32,000 bases of DNA from Candidatus Acidulodesulfobacterium ferriphilum (lineage in GTDB: Bacteria; SZUA-79; Acidulodesulfobacterales; Acidulodesulfobacteraceae): positions 133,981 to 165,980 of the forward strand of contig SGBD01000003.1 in NCBI GenBank assembly GCA_004195035.1. The letters are read 5' to 3'. The position numbers were made by a program, and so were the translations under genes. The number at the start of each line of letters is the position of its first letter. The first letter of the stretch is position 1. The notes under the pieces are model-generated. The model saw only the letters and a program-made list of their open reading frames with translations. It had not been told where the DNA came from and did no database searches. Below are positions 7,674 through 17,655 of the stretch, piece by piece.

Positions 7674-8669
7674 ATGAGATTTTTTGCACGAAAACTATTA
7701 TTAACCATGGCTTTGGGTTTTCTGTTCGTACTTATAGGTTCGGTTAATGTATTTGCGGCGACCTACGGCGTATTTACTCAGGTCGCCGTCAATGTTCCCG
7801 GAGATATTCCATCTGTTGTCCATAATATCAAATCTGCCTTGAATCATGCGGGTTGGAAGGTTGTGGGAACAACTAATATATCTCTTCCAAAAAGCGATAC
7901 TCATAAAGCAATCGTCATAGCCGCAACGAATAACGTCTATAATAAATATATGGTCGATAACGGCAACAATCCGGCGGCCGCTTTCGGACTTCCATTAAGA
8001 GTAGAGGTCTATACCACGCCGGCCCAGGGTATTGTCGTCAGTATGTTAAATTTACCTGCTTTAGCAAGAACATTTTCCGGAAATTCTTATGTAGATTATG
8101 CAATTAAAGTAAATAATATGTTAAAGCATGCTATAAGGGGCGCGGTAGGCGGCACCCCTTCAAATCTGCAATACGGTCCGATGAGAAGCGGGAGGTTTCC
8201 CGGCGGTATCGGGGGCGGTTCTTTTCCCGGCAGTATTGACCAGATATCGAACTATTCCGGCAGTACTAATTCTAATTTAAGGGGCGTCGCACAATTAATA
8301 GAAGCGGGGATTGGCCGTAATAACGGCAGATGGCGGTTAGTTTACGAGATAAGCAAACCTTCGATAGGTTTTATAGAATTTGGCGTTACAAGGAATTCGA
8401 CGGAAAGACACTCTATCGAAATCGACAGCGGCGCAAGGGCAACCTCCTCGTATAAAACCCCGGGGATAGACCATGGCGCGTCTTTTCCGATAGAAATACT
8501 TGTTTATAGGGACGGAAATTACACCGATGTGTCGATACTTGGCGAGATGTGGAGAATGAAATATTATTTTGCCGATGCGGGAATGTTAGCATTTATGACA
8601 CATATGGGAATGCCGGGTTCCATACAGGGTTCTTTAAAACAGATGATTTTATACGGGTTGGCATACTAA
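7674..8669 (+). CDS. Exported protein of unknown function, possibly DUF302-related
   Basis: 331 aa with clear signal peptide MRFFARKLLLTMALGFLFVLIGSVNVFAA; SD GGAGG; Gly-rich central linker; DUF302-like assignment rests only on general pattern. Confidence 0.6.
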   Translation: MRFFARKLLLTMALGFLFVLIGSVNVFAATYGVFTQVAVNVPGDIPSVVHNIKSALNHAGWKVVGTTNISLPKSDTHKAIVIAATNNVYNKYMVDNGNNPAAAFGLPLRVEVYTTPAQGIVVSMLNLPALARTFSGNSYVDYAIKVNNMLKHAIRGAVGGTPSNLQYGPMRSGRFPGGIGGGSFPGSIDQISNYSGSTNSNLRGVAQLIEAGIGRNNGRWRLVYEISKPSIGFIEFGVTRNSTERHSIEIDSGARATSSYKTPGIDHGASFPIEILVYRDGNYTDVSILGEMWRMKYYFADAGMLAFMTHMGMPGSIQGSLKQMILYGLAY

Positions 8670-8680
8670 CCCCCACCCTG

Positions 8681-8707
8681 TCCCCTCTCCCATAAAGGGG
8701 GAGGGGA
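8681..8707. terminator. GC-rich hairpin between convergent genes
   Basis: TCCCCTCTCCC (8681-8691) / GGGGGAGGGGA (8697-8707), 11 bp with one G.T pair, 5-nt loop; no clear T-tract. Confidence 0.4.
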
Positions 8708-8727
8708 CTAAGGAAGGATGATGCTTA

Positions 8728-11166
8728 TCATCCGCAATCGGAGTATCCGCAATCAAGGCATACCGTGCAGCCTTCCGCATGTTTTAAATTAGAACCGCCG
8801 CACATCGGACAGGCGCCCCTTCCTTGAACTTTATATGTATCTATATGCCCGTTTTTCTGATTTTTATGAGATATTTTCAGACTTCCATTTTCCAACAGGC
8901 TTTTTTCAAGCGCTTTTCCGATAGCATCCGCGCATGAGTATATTATGTTATCGCCGAAACCGTGCGGTATATTACATCTAATGCCTTTTAGCTGGTTTAT
9001 TATTTCTTCGGTGTCTATTCCCGACCTCAAAGCTAAGCTTACCATTCTGCCGGTTGATTCGGTTTGAGACTGCGCACAGCCGCCGGATTTGCCGATAGAA
9101 TTAAATATTTCAAAAGGCCTTCCGTTTTCGTCGTAATTTATCGTTACATATAAAGGTCCGCAGCCGGTTATTGTTTTAATCGTAATTCCATGTATAATAT
9201 CAGGCCTCTTTCTCGGCTCGATTCTTTTTTCGCCGCCGCTTTTTTTTTCAACGGCGGGTTCGATGCCGATAGGTTCGGTTACCGGAGAACCGCATACCGG
9301 ACACTTATATTTGCCGTTTGCGGAAGGACCTGTCGTTAAGACCTGTTCCCTCGAGCCGTCTCTGTAAACCGTAATACCTTTCAAATTAAGATTATACGCA
9401 AGCAGATATACCTCTTTAATATCTTCTTTTTTTGCAGAGTTTGGAAAATTTACGGTTTTACTGACGGCATTGTCCGTATATTTTTGAAATGCCGCTTGAA
9501 GCATAACATGCCATTTTGGCGTAATATCGTGCGAGGTTATAAATATGCGGCTTAAATATTCATAGATTTCGGGGCTTAATAAATTAGGCGGCAAATCTTT
9601 ATAAGAGTGCCCAAGATTACCGTTCTTAACGACAAAATCTATAAGTTCATTTGAATAAACGCCTAAACTTTCCAGTATATTTTTAAAATTTTTATCGGTT
9701 TCTATTAAAGTTTGATTGTCTAAGACATGCCTTTCATAAGCTAATGCAAATAACGGTTCTATTCCGCTGGATGCTCCGGCAATTATGCTTATTGTGCCGG
9801 TCGGGGCAATGGTTGTGGTTGTTCCGTTTCTCATAGCCTTATAGCCTTTTTCTTTCCAGACGGAGCCTTCAAAATTAGGAAAACTGCCCCTGACCGTCCC
9901 AAGTTCTTCCGATTTTAATTTTGATTCCTTATCTATAAAACCCATTATTTTTTCGGCTACTTTAAGCGCCAGGTCGCTATTATACGGTATTTTTAATTTT
10001 ATAAGCGTATCGGCATATCCCATAATCCCCAGCCCTATTTTTCTATTGGAAAGCGTCATCTGTTTTATTTTTTCGATGGGATAATGATTTTTGTCTATCA
10101 CATTGTCTAAGAAATGAACTGCCGTATGCACGGTTTTTTTAAGCGACTCAAAGTCAATAATATCAAGGTAATAAGGCAGGATAGCATCAGGCTTTTCATT
10201 AAGCCTTTTTAATGCCTCTTTATAATCAAATTTGCCTTTTTTGCTTTCATATCCCTTTATGAATTTTCCAAGATTAATGGAACCCAAATTGCAGGATTCG
10301 TAGGCAACTAAAGGCTGTTCCCCGCACGGATTAGTCGCCTCGATTTTGCCGGCTTTAGGGATAGGGTTAAGTTTGTTTATTCTGTCTATAAAAATAATTC
10401 CCGGTTCCCCGCTAGACCATGCCATTTCCACAATTAAATCGAAAACTTCTTTTGCATTGAGATGTTTAACGATTTCATTGTTTCTCGGGTTTATCAACGG
10501 GTAATTTTCGTTTTTAATAACGCGGCTCATAAAATCTTCCGTGATCGCAACGGATATATTAAAATTGTTAAGTTTTGAGGTATCTTTTTTAGAAGAGATA
10601 AAGTCTAATATATCAGGGTGGTCTATTCTTAAAATACCCATATTGGCTCCCCTTCTTGTTCCGCCTTGCTTTATCGCCTCCGTTGCGCTGTTAAATACCT
10701 GCATAAATGAAACAGGGCCGCTTGACACGCCCTTTGTGGAATGAACGGTATCATTTTTGGGTCTTAAATTAGAAAAAGAAAAGCCTGTTCCGCCGCCGCT
10801 CTGGTGTATTAGCGCTGTATTTTTTATTGTCTCGAAAATCGATTCCATAGAATCTTCGATTGGAAGAACAAAACAGGCGGAAAGCTGCTGCAGCGGTCTT
10901 CCCGCATTCATTAAGGTAGGGGAATTTGGTAAAAAGCGCAGGTTTGCCATCTCTTCGAAAAATATCCCTGCTATTGTTTCAGCCTCTTCTTTGGTTTTGC
11001 CGTAATTTAAATCGGCTTCGGAGATGTTCTTTGCCACCCTTTCAAACATTCCGGATATTGTTTCGATAATTTCACCCTTTTCGTTTTTAGCCAAATATCT
11101 CTTCTTTAAAACCGTTATTCCATTTTCGGAAAAGCTTTTTATAAGCGGGTCATTTTTATCTTTCAT
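8728..11166 (-). CDS. nrdJ: Vitamin B12-dependent (class II) ribonucleoside-diphosphate reductase
   Basis: 812 aa; FLPNSPTLMNAG, NPCGEQPLVAYESCNLGSINL, TIAPTGTISIIAG, C-terminal C(P/V)xC…CLDCGYSDCG zinc-binding tail. Confidence 0.96.
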   Translation of the reverse strand: MKDKNDPLIKSFSENGITVLKKRYLAKNEKGEIIETISGMFERVAKNISEADLNYGKTKEEAETIAGIFFEEMANLRFLPNSPTLMNAGRPLQQLSACFVLPIEDSMESIFETIKNTALIHQSGGGTGFSFSNLRPKNDTVHSTKGVSSGPVSFMQVFNSATEAIKQGGTRRGANMGILRIDHPDILDFISSKKDTSKLNNFNISVAITEDFMSRVIKNENYPLINPRNNEIVKHLNAKEVFDLIVEMAWSSGEPGIIFIDRINKLNPIPKAGKIEATNPCGEQPLVAYESCNLGSINLGKFIKGYESKKGKFDYKEALKRLNEKPDAILPYYLDIIDFESLKKTVHTAVHFLDNVIDKNHYPIEKIKQMTLSNRKIGLGIMGYADTLIKLKIPYNSDLALKVAEKIMGFIDKESKLKSEELGTVRGSFPNFEGSVWKEKGYKAMRNGTTTTIAPTGTISIIAGASSGIEPLFALAYERHVLDNQTLIETDKNFKNILESLGVYSNELIDFVVKNGNLGHSYKDLPPNLLSPEIYEYLSRIFITSHDITPKWHVMLQAAFQKYTDNAVSKTVNFPNSAKKEDIKEVYLLAYNLNLKGITVYRDGSREQVLTTGPSANGKYKCPVCGSPVTEPIGIEPAVEKKSGGEKRIEPRKRPDIIHGITIKTITGCGPLYVTINYDENGRPFEIFNSIGKSGGCAQSQTESTGRMVSLALRSGIDTEEIINQLKGIRCNIPHGFGDNIIYSCADAIGKALEKSLLENGSLKISHKNQKNGHIDTYKVQGRGACPMCGGSNLKHAEGCTVCLDCGYSDCG

Positions 11167-11425
11167 CTATACCTCCCCTTATATTAATTTTAATGAATAT
11201 TTAATTTTAAAAATTTTTACAATTAACAATATGTAGATATTTTTTTTATTTCTATACAATATATTGTAATTTATCTTTTGTCAATATCTTTTTTTAATTA
11301 CCGTTTTTAATTGTAAATCATTAAAAAAAGTTTTATAATTTTAAAATATGAACAAGAAATAATAAATAAAATAATAAATAATAAGAAATACATAAAAATT
11401 GCAAGGGGGATATTAAAATAAAATA

Positions 11426-12130
11426 ATGCATAGTTTAAATTACCTGCATAGCATGAATATTTTAACCCACATTCTAAGCACAAACATCGTTGTAAAATTA
11501 GTCCTTTTAATTCTATTTTTTTTCTCTTTGGCGTCATGGGCTATTATTTTTTATAAATTAAATTATCTTAATAAAGCAAAAAAGGAAGATAAAGAGTTTC
11601 TCGATTTATTCTGGGAATCTAAAAGATTGGATTATGTTTATACGGCCACCAAAAATTTTAATTATAGTCCTGTAGCCTCTATGTTTAATGCTACATACAA
11701 AGAACTTGTGGACATTAAAAAAAAATCGGAAGAAAAGGATAAGCTTTTTGGTAAAGAAAATAATGGAGAGAATCAAGCATATATAGAAAGGGCTTTAAAA
11801 AAATCACAGCTCTCGTCTATTGCAAAACTTGAGATTTCCCTTCCATTTTTAGCGACGGTCGGCTCCACTGCCCCATTTATAGGCTTATTTGGAACGGTTT
11901 GGGGAATAATGACATCATTCGAAAGTATAGAAAAAGCAGGGACAGCCGGCTTGGCGATTGTAGCTCCGGGTATTGCTGATTCGCTTATTGCGACGGCGGC
12001 GGGTCTTTTTGCGGCGATCCCTGCCGTTATTGCATATAACTATTATTCAAATAAGGTAAGAGTGATAGCTAACGAGACTATCGATTTTGCATATGAATTT
12101 ATGACAATAATCGAAAGGCAGATTCTATAA
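11426..12130 (+). CDS. tolQ: Tol-Pal system protein TolQ (MotA/TolQ/ExbB proton channel family)
   Basis: 234 aa; FLATVGSTAPFIGLFGTVWGIMTSFESIEKAGTAGLAIVAPGIADSLIATAAGLFAAIPAVIAYN; followed by tolR. ATG at 11453 is an alternative start. Confidence 0.92.
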   Translation: MHSLNYLHSMNILTHILSTNIVVKLVLLILFFFSLASWAIIFYKLNYLNKAKKEDKEFLDLFWESKRLDYVYTATKNFNYSPVASMFNATYKELVDIKKKSEEKDKLFGKENNGENQAYIERALKKSQLSSIAKLEISLPFLATVGSTAPFIGLFGTVWGIMTSFESIEKAGTAGLAIVAPGIADSLIATAAGLFAAIPAVIAYNYYSNKVRVIANETIDFAYEFMTIIERQIL

Positions 12131-12139
12131 TAATTAATT

Positions 12140-12583
12140 ATGTTTATATCTTTTGGCGATAGAGACGATAAAAAAAGTTTTTCTTCCGGCTATAAGCTTA
12201 TGTCCGATATAAACATTACGCCGTTTGTCGATGTAATGCTGGTTTTGCTCGTTATCTTTATGGTAACCGCCCCGATATTGGTTCACGGAATTAAGGTTCG
12301 CTTGCCGGCGGCTTCGGCGCGGGCATTAAAAGCCCCGGAAAAAACGATAGTCGTTTCGGTTACTTCCGGCAGGTATGTTTATATAAACAATTTGAGGGTA
12401 AGCCCCGCCCTTTTGACCCAAAAATTAAGGATTTTATATAAAAACAGGAGGGACAAGCAGATATTTCTTAAAGCAAGTTCAGTCCTGCCCTACGGCTATG
12501 TAATAAGGATAATGGCTGCAATAAAAGACGCCGGCATAACAAAAATCGGCATGGTAACGGCAAATCTCAGCCATGTTAAGTAA
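12140..12583 (+). CDS. tolR: Biopolymer transport protein TolR/ExbD
   Basis: 147 aa; LMSDINITPFVDVMLVLLVIFMVTAPIL signature. Confidence 0.93.
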   Translation: MFISFGDRDDKKSFSSGYKLMSDINITPFVDVMLVLLVIFMVTAPILVHGIKVRLPAASARALKAPEKTIVVSVTSGRYVYINNLRVSPALLTQKLRILYKNRRDKQIFLKASSVLPYGYVIRIMAAIKDAGITKIGMVTANLSHVK

Positions 12584-12634
12584 TTAAGCAAACGCTTTTA
12601 GAAAATTATCGCATTTATTTTTTAGCAAGTTAAA

Positions 12635-13405
12635 ATGTTTAACGAAAACCGAAGCGGAATTGGAAAATATTATATATATTCGATTTTATTTCATGCGGCT
12701 TTAATCGGTCTAATAATATATTTAGGGATAAGGTTTAAACCGGAAATTGAGTCTATCGGCTCAAAGGTAGTTGTCAGCGTTGTGAGCAGCGTTCCTGGAC
12801 CGCCTGCTTCTGTTAAAGCGATATTAAAACCGCCTGTGCCAAAGATTAAAAGACAAATTATAAGCAAGCCCGCTCAGGCAAAAAAACCTGTGCAATTACC
12901 CGTTACTAAAAAGCCCTCATCTATGGTTTACCCGAAAAAGGTTCTGCCGAAGTCCGTTCCCGTTAAAAGATATGTTAAGAGGCAAGCCCCTGTTCCTGCG
13001 GTTAATTCCAGTGTCTATACAAATTTACATAATATGATAAGCCTTAATAACGCATATAGCAAGGTTCAGGAATCTTTGATCAGGGGAAATATCCATAACT
13101 TTCAGGGTTATGTCAATAAAATAGTGTCGATTATTACATCTCATTTCGATATTTCTCTTTCTAAATATTTGCACTACAAGTCCGTGGTTGCCTTCCAAAT
13201 ATCCGCTTCGGGAAGGATTTACGGCGTCAGGCTTGCCAAATCTTCAGGCAACGGCTATTTCGATTCTCAATCGATCGAAGCGGTAAAATTATCAAGCCCG
13301 CTGCCTTCGCCGCCCAAAGGGTTTATGAGCTTTATGAACTCTAAGAACGCAGGCGAGGGGGCTTTAATAGCCTTTAATCCGAGAGAGATTCTAAAAAATA
13401 AGTAA
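12635..13405 (+). CDS. tolA: TolA/TonB-like energy transducer
   Basis: 256 aa; single N-terminal TM, Pro/Lys/Val-rich linker, C-terminal TonB_C-like domain; position between tolR and tolB. Confidence 0.75.
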   Translation: MFNENRSGIGKYYIYSILFHAALIGLIIYLGIRFKPEIESIGSKVVVSVVSSVPGPPASVKAILKPPVPKIKRQIISKPAQAKKPVQLPVTKKPSSMVYPKKVLPKSVPVKRYVKRQAPVPAVNSSVYTNLHNMISLNNAYSKVQESLIRGNIHNFQGYVNKIVSIITSHFDISLSKYLHYKSVVAFQISASGRIYGVRLAKSSGNGYFDSQSIEAVKLSSPLPSPPKGFMSFMNSKNAGEGALIAFNPREILKNK

Positions 13406-13445
13406 TATTATAATAATATATAAGGGAGGAATAAGGCGGGCAAAA

Positions 13446-14816
13446 ATGTTTAAATTTAAACCTAACGATTTTTATAGGTGTAAGGTTTTTTACACCATAT
13501 TAACATCTTTTTCGATTTTATTTACTTTATTTTTATTTCCGGTAAATTCGTACGCAAAGGTATATATAAATATTTATGCGGCAAGAATTAAAAAAATCAG
13601 GGTTGCCGTTCCTAACTTTAAAAATATTTCAAAGTACGGACAGCATCAAAGAATCGCAAAAAAAATTGCCCGCATAATCAGGCACGACCTTTCCGTTATC
13701 GGATATTTTCACATAGTAAACCCGCTTTCGTATCTTGAAAACTCTAAATATGCCCCTGTAAGCGTTAAGAAAATAGATTTTACAAACTGGAGCGTGTTAA
13801 GCGCGCAATACTTGATTAACGGCGAATATAAAACTGAAAACGGTATTATAAAAATTAAAGCTAATCTTATAAGCATCTATTCTCAAAAATTACTTTTTAC
13901 CGAGAAATTAGAAGGACATGATAAACAATACAGATATCTGGCAAATAAGTTTGCCGACGGTATATTGAAATTTTTAACCGGGATTAAGGGGCCGTTTACG
14001 ACAAAAGTGTTTTTTGTCGGGGAACAGGACGGGGCAAAAAATATTTTTATGATGGATTTTGGCGGGCATAGGGTCAAAAGAATTACAGATAACCCGTCGA
14101 TTAATATATTTCCGCATCCGTCTCCCGACGGCGGCAAGGCTGCCTATATTTCTTTTAAAGACGGTGATCCCGCCATTTTTATTAAAAATTTAAATACAGG
14201 CAGAACTGCAAGGTTTAATCTCCCTGGCCCTGCCGATTATGTCTCCTGGTCGCCTAAAGGAGATAATCTGGCTATAGCGCTCACCCCGGATCATTACAAT
14301 ACCGAGATATATACTATTAATATAAATGGAGGGAATCTTAAGCAGTTGACCGACATAGGCGGCATTAACACATCTCCGTCGTTTTCCCCCGGCGGAAATA
14401 GAATTGCCTTCGTGTCAAACAGGGGAGGAAGCCCGCAAATTTATGTAATGAATTCCGACGGAAGTAATCAGCATAGAATTACTTATAATAATAGCTATTA
14501 TAATACGAGCCCCGCATGGTCCCCTAACGGGAAAAAGATAGCTTTTGCCTCATTCGTAAACGGCGCGCTTCAAGTGTGTATTATGAATGCGGACGGAACG
14601 GATGAAAGACAGATTACCGATACGCCGTATAGCGCCCAGCATCCCGCATGGACAAGGGATTCGAGGATAATTACTTTTGATACCGAAATTGCAGGAAGAC
14701 AGGAATTATTTATGATAGATGTAAATGAAAGCGGCATGATAAGGCTGATGCCCCGCCTATTTCCCGAAATGCAAAATTATTATAGTCCCGAGTGGACATT
14801 AAAATCATCTTATTGA
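13446..14816 (+). CDS. tolB: Tol-Pal system beta-propeller protein TolB
   Basis: 456 aa; N-terminal TolB domain, repeated propeller motifs FSPGGNRIAFVSNRGGSPQIYVMNSDG, WSPNGKKIAFAS, PAWTRDSR. Confidence 0.93.
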   Translation: MFKFKPNDFYRCKVFYTILTSFSILFTLFLFPVNSYAKVYINIYAARIKKIRVAVPNFKNISKYGQHQRIAKKIARIIRHDLSVIGYFHIVNPLSYLENSKYAPVSVKKIDFTNWSVLSAQYLINGEYKTENGIIKIKANLISIYSQKLLFTEKLEGHDKQYRYLANKFADGILKFLTGIKGPFTTKVFFVGEQDGAKNIFMMDFGGHRVKRITDNPSINIFPHPSPDGGKAAYISFKDGDPAIFIKNLNTGRTARFNLPGPADYVSWSPKGDNLAIALTPDHYNTEIYTININGGNLKQLTDIGGINTSPSFSPGGNRIAFVSNRGGSPQIYVMNSDGSNQHRITYNNSYYNTSPAWSPNGKKIAFASFVNGALQVCIMNADGTDERQITDTPYSAQHPAWTRDSRIITFDTEIAGRQELFMIDVNESGMIRLMPRLFPEMQNYYSPEWTLKSSY

Positions 14817-14902
14817 CCTTATTCTCAAAATTATTGAAAAATATTGCTTTATATGATAAATTCAATGTAATATTTATAATTATAATACGAGGGCATTACA
14901 TT

Positions 14903-15706
14903 ATGAAAAATAAAAAATATTTTAGAGTTTTTCTTCTGCTTTTTGTTTTTTTATTTTTTACGGCGGCTTTTTTATCGGGATGCGCCGAGATGGAACCTGA
15001 TACCATACACAATTTAAAGGTTCAGGTTAAGAAATTAAATAAAAAGACCGGCAAATTATCCCAAAGCAATACTTATTTAGAGCAAAAGCTTCATGACATT
15101 CAGGTAAATATAGCAAATCAAGGGGTAAAAATAGCTGATATAAATTCTAAACTAAGGGATATTTATGGAAAATATGAAGTAGAATCCCACAATCTCCATA
15201 TGCTTCAAAAAAGGTTTAGAGATTATCGCTTAATTGTTAATAAAGAACTTATTACATTGCTTAAGCATGCTCAAATTAAACCTCCGGTAGAAAAAATCGC
15301 TCCGCCCAAAAAGGCGGTTATCAGTGTAAGCCCCAAGCTTATGGAGTTTAATAAGGGTATGGATTTATATAAAAAGAAAGATTACGCTAACGCCGTTTTA
15401 GCTTTCAATAAATTTATAAGTAAATATCCGCAGTCAAAAGACATCCCTGATGCCGTATTTTATAAAGCTGTATCAAACTTCAATCTTAAAAAATATCCCG
15501 TATCCATATTGGAGTTCCATAAATTTTCCGAAGTTTATCCAAAAAATTCCCATGTTCCTATGGCTATATATTTACAGGGAATGGGGTTTTTAAAGCTTTC
15601 CGATAAGTCCGACGCGTCGATTTTATTTCAACAGGTTGTCTCAAAATATCCGGATGCGGAGGCTTCAAAACTTTCGGCGGCAGAGCTTAAAAAACTTTCG
15701 AAATAA
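14903..15706 (+). CDS. cpoB: Lipoprotein with coiled coil and C-terminal TPRs, CpoB/YbgF-like
   Basis: Lipobox LLFVFLFFTAAFLSGC after MKNKKYF; coiled coil; TPR domain GMDLYKKKDYANAVLAFNKFISKYPQSKDIPDAVFYKAV. ORF track start 14792 is longer, but the ATG at 14903 fits the signal peptide. Confidence 0.85.
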   Translation: MKNKKYFRVFLLLFVFLFFTAAFLSGCAEMEPDTIHNLKVQVKKLNKKTGKLSQSNTYLEQKLHDIQVNIANQGVKIADINSKLRDIYGKYEVESHNLHMLQKRFRDYRLIVNKELITLLKHAQIKPPVEKIAPPKKAVISVSPKLMEFNKGMDLYKKKDYANAVLAFNKFISKYPQSKDIPDAVFYKAVSNFNLKKYPVSILEFHKFSEVYPKNSHVPMAIYLQGMGFLKLSDKSDASILFQQVVSKYPDAEASKLSAAELKKLSK

Positions 15707-15710
15707 AAGT

Positions 15711-16754
15711 ATGGGCTATTCCGAAAATATCATTAATCTGGCATTTGAGTCAAGTTGCGACGATTTTTCCTGCGCCGTGCTTTTAAAAGATAATAAAGGC
15801 ATAAAAATTCTTTCTAATATAACATATTCGCAGGATTTTGTGCATGATATTTACGGAGGCGTCGTTCCCGAACTTGCTTCAAGGAATCATATAAAAGCAT
15901 CTTTACCCGCCCTGTCGTTTGCTTTGTCAAAAGCCGCCATCGCACTAAAAGATGTCGGCTTAGTATCCGCTACGGCCGGACCGGGGCTTATCGGCTCCTT
16001 ATTAATAGGACTTATGGAGGCAAAAACTATATCGTATGCGCTAAATATTCCGTTAGTAAAAATAAATCATATCGAAGGACACATATTCAGCCCCTTTTTG
16101 GAAAATAAAGAGGAGTTTCCCTTTATTGCATTGGTTATTTCAGGAGGACACACCCATATATATTTGGTAAAATCCCACAGCGATATAAAACTTATCGGAA
16201 AGACAAGGGATGACGCCTGTGGAGAACTGTTTGACAAGGTTTCTAATTACCTTGGCTTTGGTTATCCGGGCGGCAGGATTATAGACGAGCTTGCCGAAAA
16301 GGGTAATAAGAACGAATTTAAATTTACCCTTCCGATGGCGCATAGCCGTAATCTGGATATGAGCTTTAGCGGACTTAAGACAGCCGTTATTACATTGATA
16401 GATAAACTGGGGGGGCGGGGCAAGATTAAAGAAAAAATAGTTTTTGATATTTTTGCTTCTACAAGAGAAGCGGTAGCCAGGATTCTTTATAAAAAGACCT
16501 TAGATGCGTGTAATATTTACGGAATAAATACGGTAGCGGTTTCCGGCGGGGTTTCTGCTAATTCAAGGATAAGGTCTCTTTTTGGGGAACCCGCGAAAAA
16601 TCCTTGTTTTAAAGTAATTTTTCCTTCTATTTCGCTTTCGACCGACAATGCCGCAATGATCGGTTACGCCGGTTTTTTTAAACCCCCGGTAGATCCCCTT
16701 AAAAATAAGGAAGAATTCTTAAATATTAACGCCGATTCCTCATGGGAGTTGTAA
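15711..16754 (+). CDS. tsaD: tRNA N6-adenosine threonylcarbamoyltransferase TsaD
   Basis: FESSCDD, VVPELASR.H, INHIEGH, ALVISGGHTHIY, LDMSFSGLKTA, VSGGVSANSRIR. ORF track starts at 15636, but the ATG at 15711 matches the family N-terminus. Confidence 0.96.
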   Translation: MGYSENIINLAFESSCDDFSCAVLLKDNKGIKILSNITYSQDFVHDIYGGVVPELASRNHIKASLPALSFALSKAAIALKDVGLVSATAGPGLIGSLLIGLMEAKTISYALNIPLVKINHIEGHIFSPFLENKEEFPFIALVISGGHTHIYLVKSHSDIKLIGKTRDDACGELFDKVSNYLGFGYPGGRIIDELAEKGNKNEFKFTLPMAHSRNLDMSFSGLKTAVITLIDKLGGRGKIKEKIVFDIFASTREAVARILYKKTLDACNIYGINTVAVSGGVSANSRIRSLFGEPAKNPCFKVIFPSISLSTDNAAMIGYAGFFKPPVDPLKNKEEFLNINADSSWEL

Positions 16755-16760
16755 ATTATA

Positions 16761-17630
16761 ATGGAAAATTTACTTAGAAGCCGAAAAGTAATTTATGGGC
16801 AAAATTTTTTAATAAATAAGGAAACAGCCCGCAATATTATAGATTCATGCAATTTTTCTTTTAACGACAATGTTCTTGAAATAGGTCCAGGAGAAGGGAT
16901 ATTGACCGAATTTATTATAGGAAATACAAAAACATACACTATAATCGAAATAGACCCCTTTTATTATAATTTTATTAAAGGAAAATTTAATTTAAATAAA
17001 TTTAGCGGAATCAATATCGTCAACGAAGATGCCCTTAAATTTGATTATACGGGATTAAGCCGCAATCTTTCCTCCAAAATAAGGGTTGTGTCAAATCTGC
17101 CTTACGAAATCTCAAGCCCTATCATAGAAAAATTTATAAGAGAAAAGGATGCTTTTTCGGATTTAACGCTCATGTTTCAAAAGGAGTTTGCACAGAGGCT
17201 TTATGCAAAAGAAAATGATTCGGAAAGAGGGGCTTTAAGCATTATTGCCGATATAAATTTTGAAATTATCAAACTTTTAGAGGTGGACAAATCAAATTTT
17301 AATCCCGTGCCAAAGGTTGATTCGACGGTATTAAGGATAATCCCAAAATATCATACGGATGATAATTATATTTGGGCGGTAAATTCCCCATTCTTTAGTT
17401 ATTTTGTGCATCAAATTTTTAAGCTGAGAAGAAAAAAACTTAAAAACTCTATACATGCGTCGTTTTTTGGGGTGCCTCCCGACATAAAGATGAAAATATT
17501 TGCGGAATTAAACATCGATTTAAATAAAAGGCCGCAGGAATTAACGACAACCGAGTTTATAAAAGCGGCAAAAAAATACGACGACTATTTGAAAATTGCA
17601 GAAAAACGGTATAATAATATTAACGGTTAA
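16761..17630 (+). CDS. rsmA: 16S rRNA (adenine(1518)-N6/adenine(1519)-N6)-dimethyltransferase RsmA/KsgA
   Basis: 289 aa; GQNFLINKETARNII, VLEIGPGEGILTE, NLPYEISSPII, PVPKVDSTVLRI. Confidence 0.95.
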   Translation: MENLLRSRKVIYGQNFLINKETARNIIDSCNFSFNDNVLEIGPGEGILTEFIIGNTKTYTIIEIDPFYYNFIKGKFNLNKFSGINIVNEDALKFDYTGLSRNLSSKIRVVSNLPYEISSPIIEKFIREKDAFSDLTLMFQKEFAQRLYAKENDSERGALSIIADINFEIIKLLEVDKSNFNPVPKVDSTVLRIIPKYHTDDNYIWAVNSPFFSYFVHQIFKLRRKKLKNSIHASFFGVPPDIKMKIFAELNIDLNKRPQELTTTEFIKAAKKYDDYLKIAEKRYNNING

Positions 17631-17655
17631 CAGTTAAGTCAGACAGGGTAAATTT

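Noticed and set aside
8716-8733. GGATGAT-GCTT-ATCATCC hairpin at the nrdJ 3' end
   Set aside because: Only 7 bp, overlaps the coding end and has no T-tract; too weak to call a terminator on its own.
8728-11166. Possible intein or insertion in nrdJ
   Set aside because: The protein reads continuously through the conserved motifs at normal length (812 aa) with no splicing blocks.
10541-11236. Plus-strand ORFs over nrdJ (10541-10744, 10757-11005, 11024-11236)
   Set aside because: They are complementary to the well-conserved NrdJ coding sequence.
11307-11537. Minus-strand 76-aa ORF overlapping the tolQ start
   Set aside because: AT-rich, overlaps the tolQ 5' end, no RBS or similarity signal; probably chance.
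16140-16343. Antisense ORFs inside coding genes (e.g. 493-786, 1512-1721, 5411-5641, 6990-7172, 16140-16343, 17937-18353, 25227-25613, 26218-26556)
   Set aside because: All lie opposite strongly supported genes, with no recognisable domains and compositions expected from reverse-complemented coding sequence.
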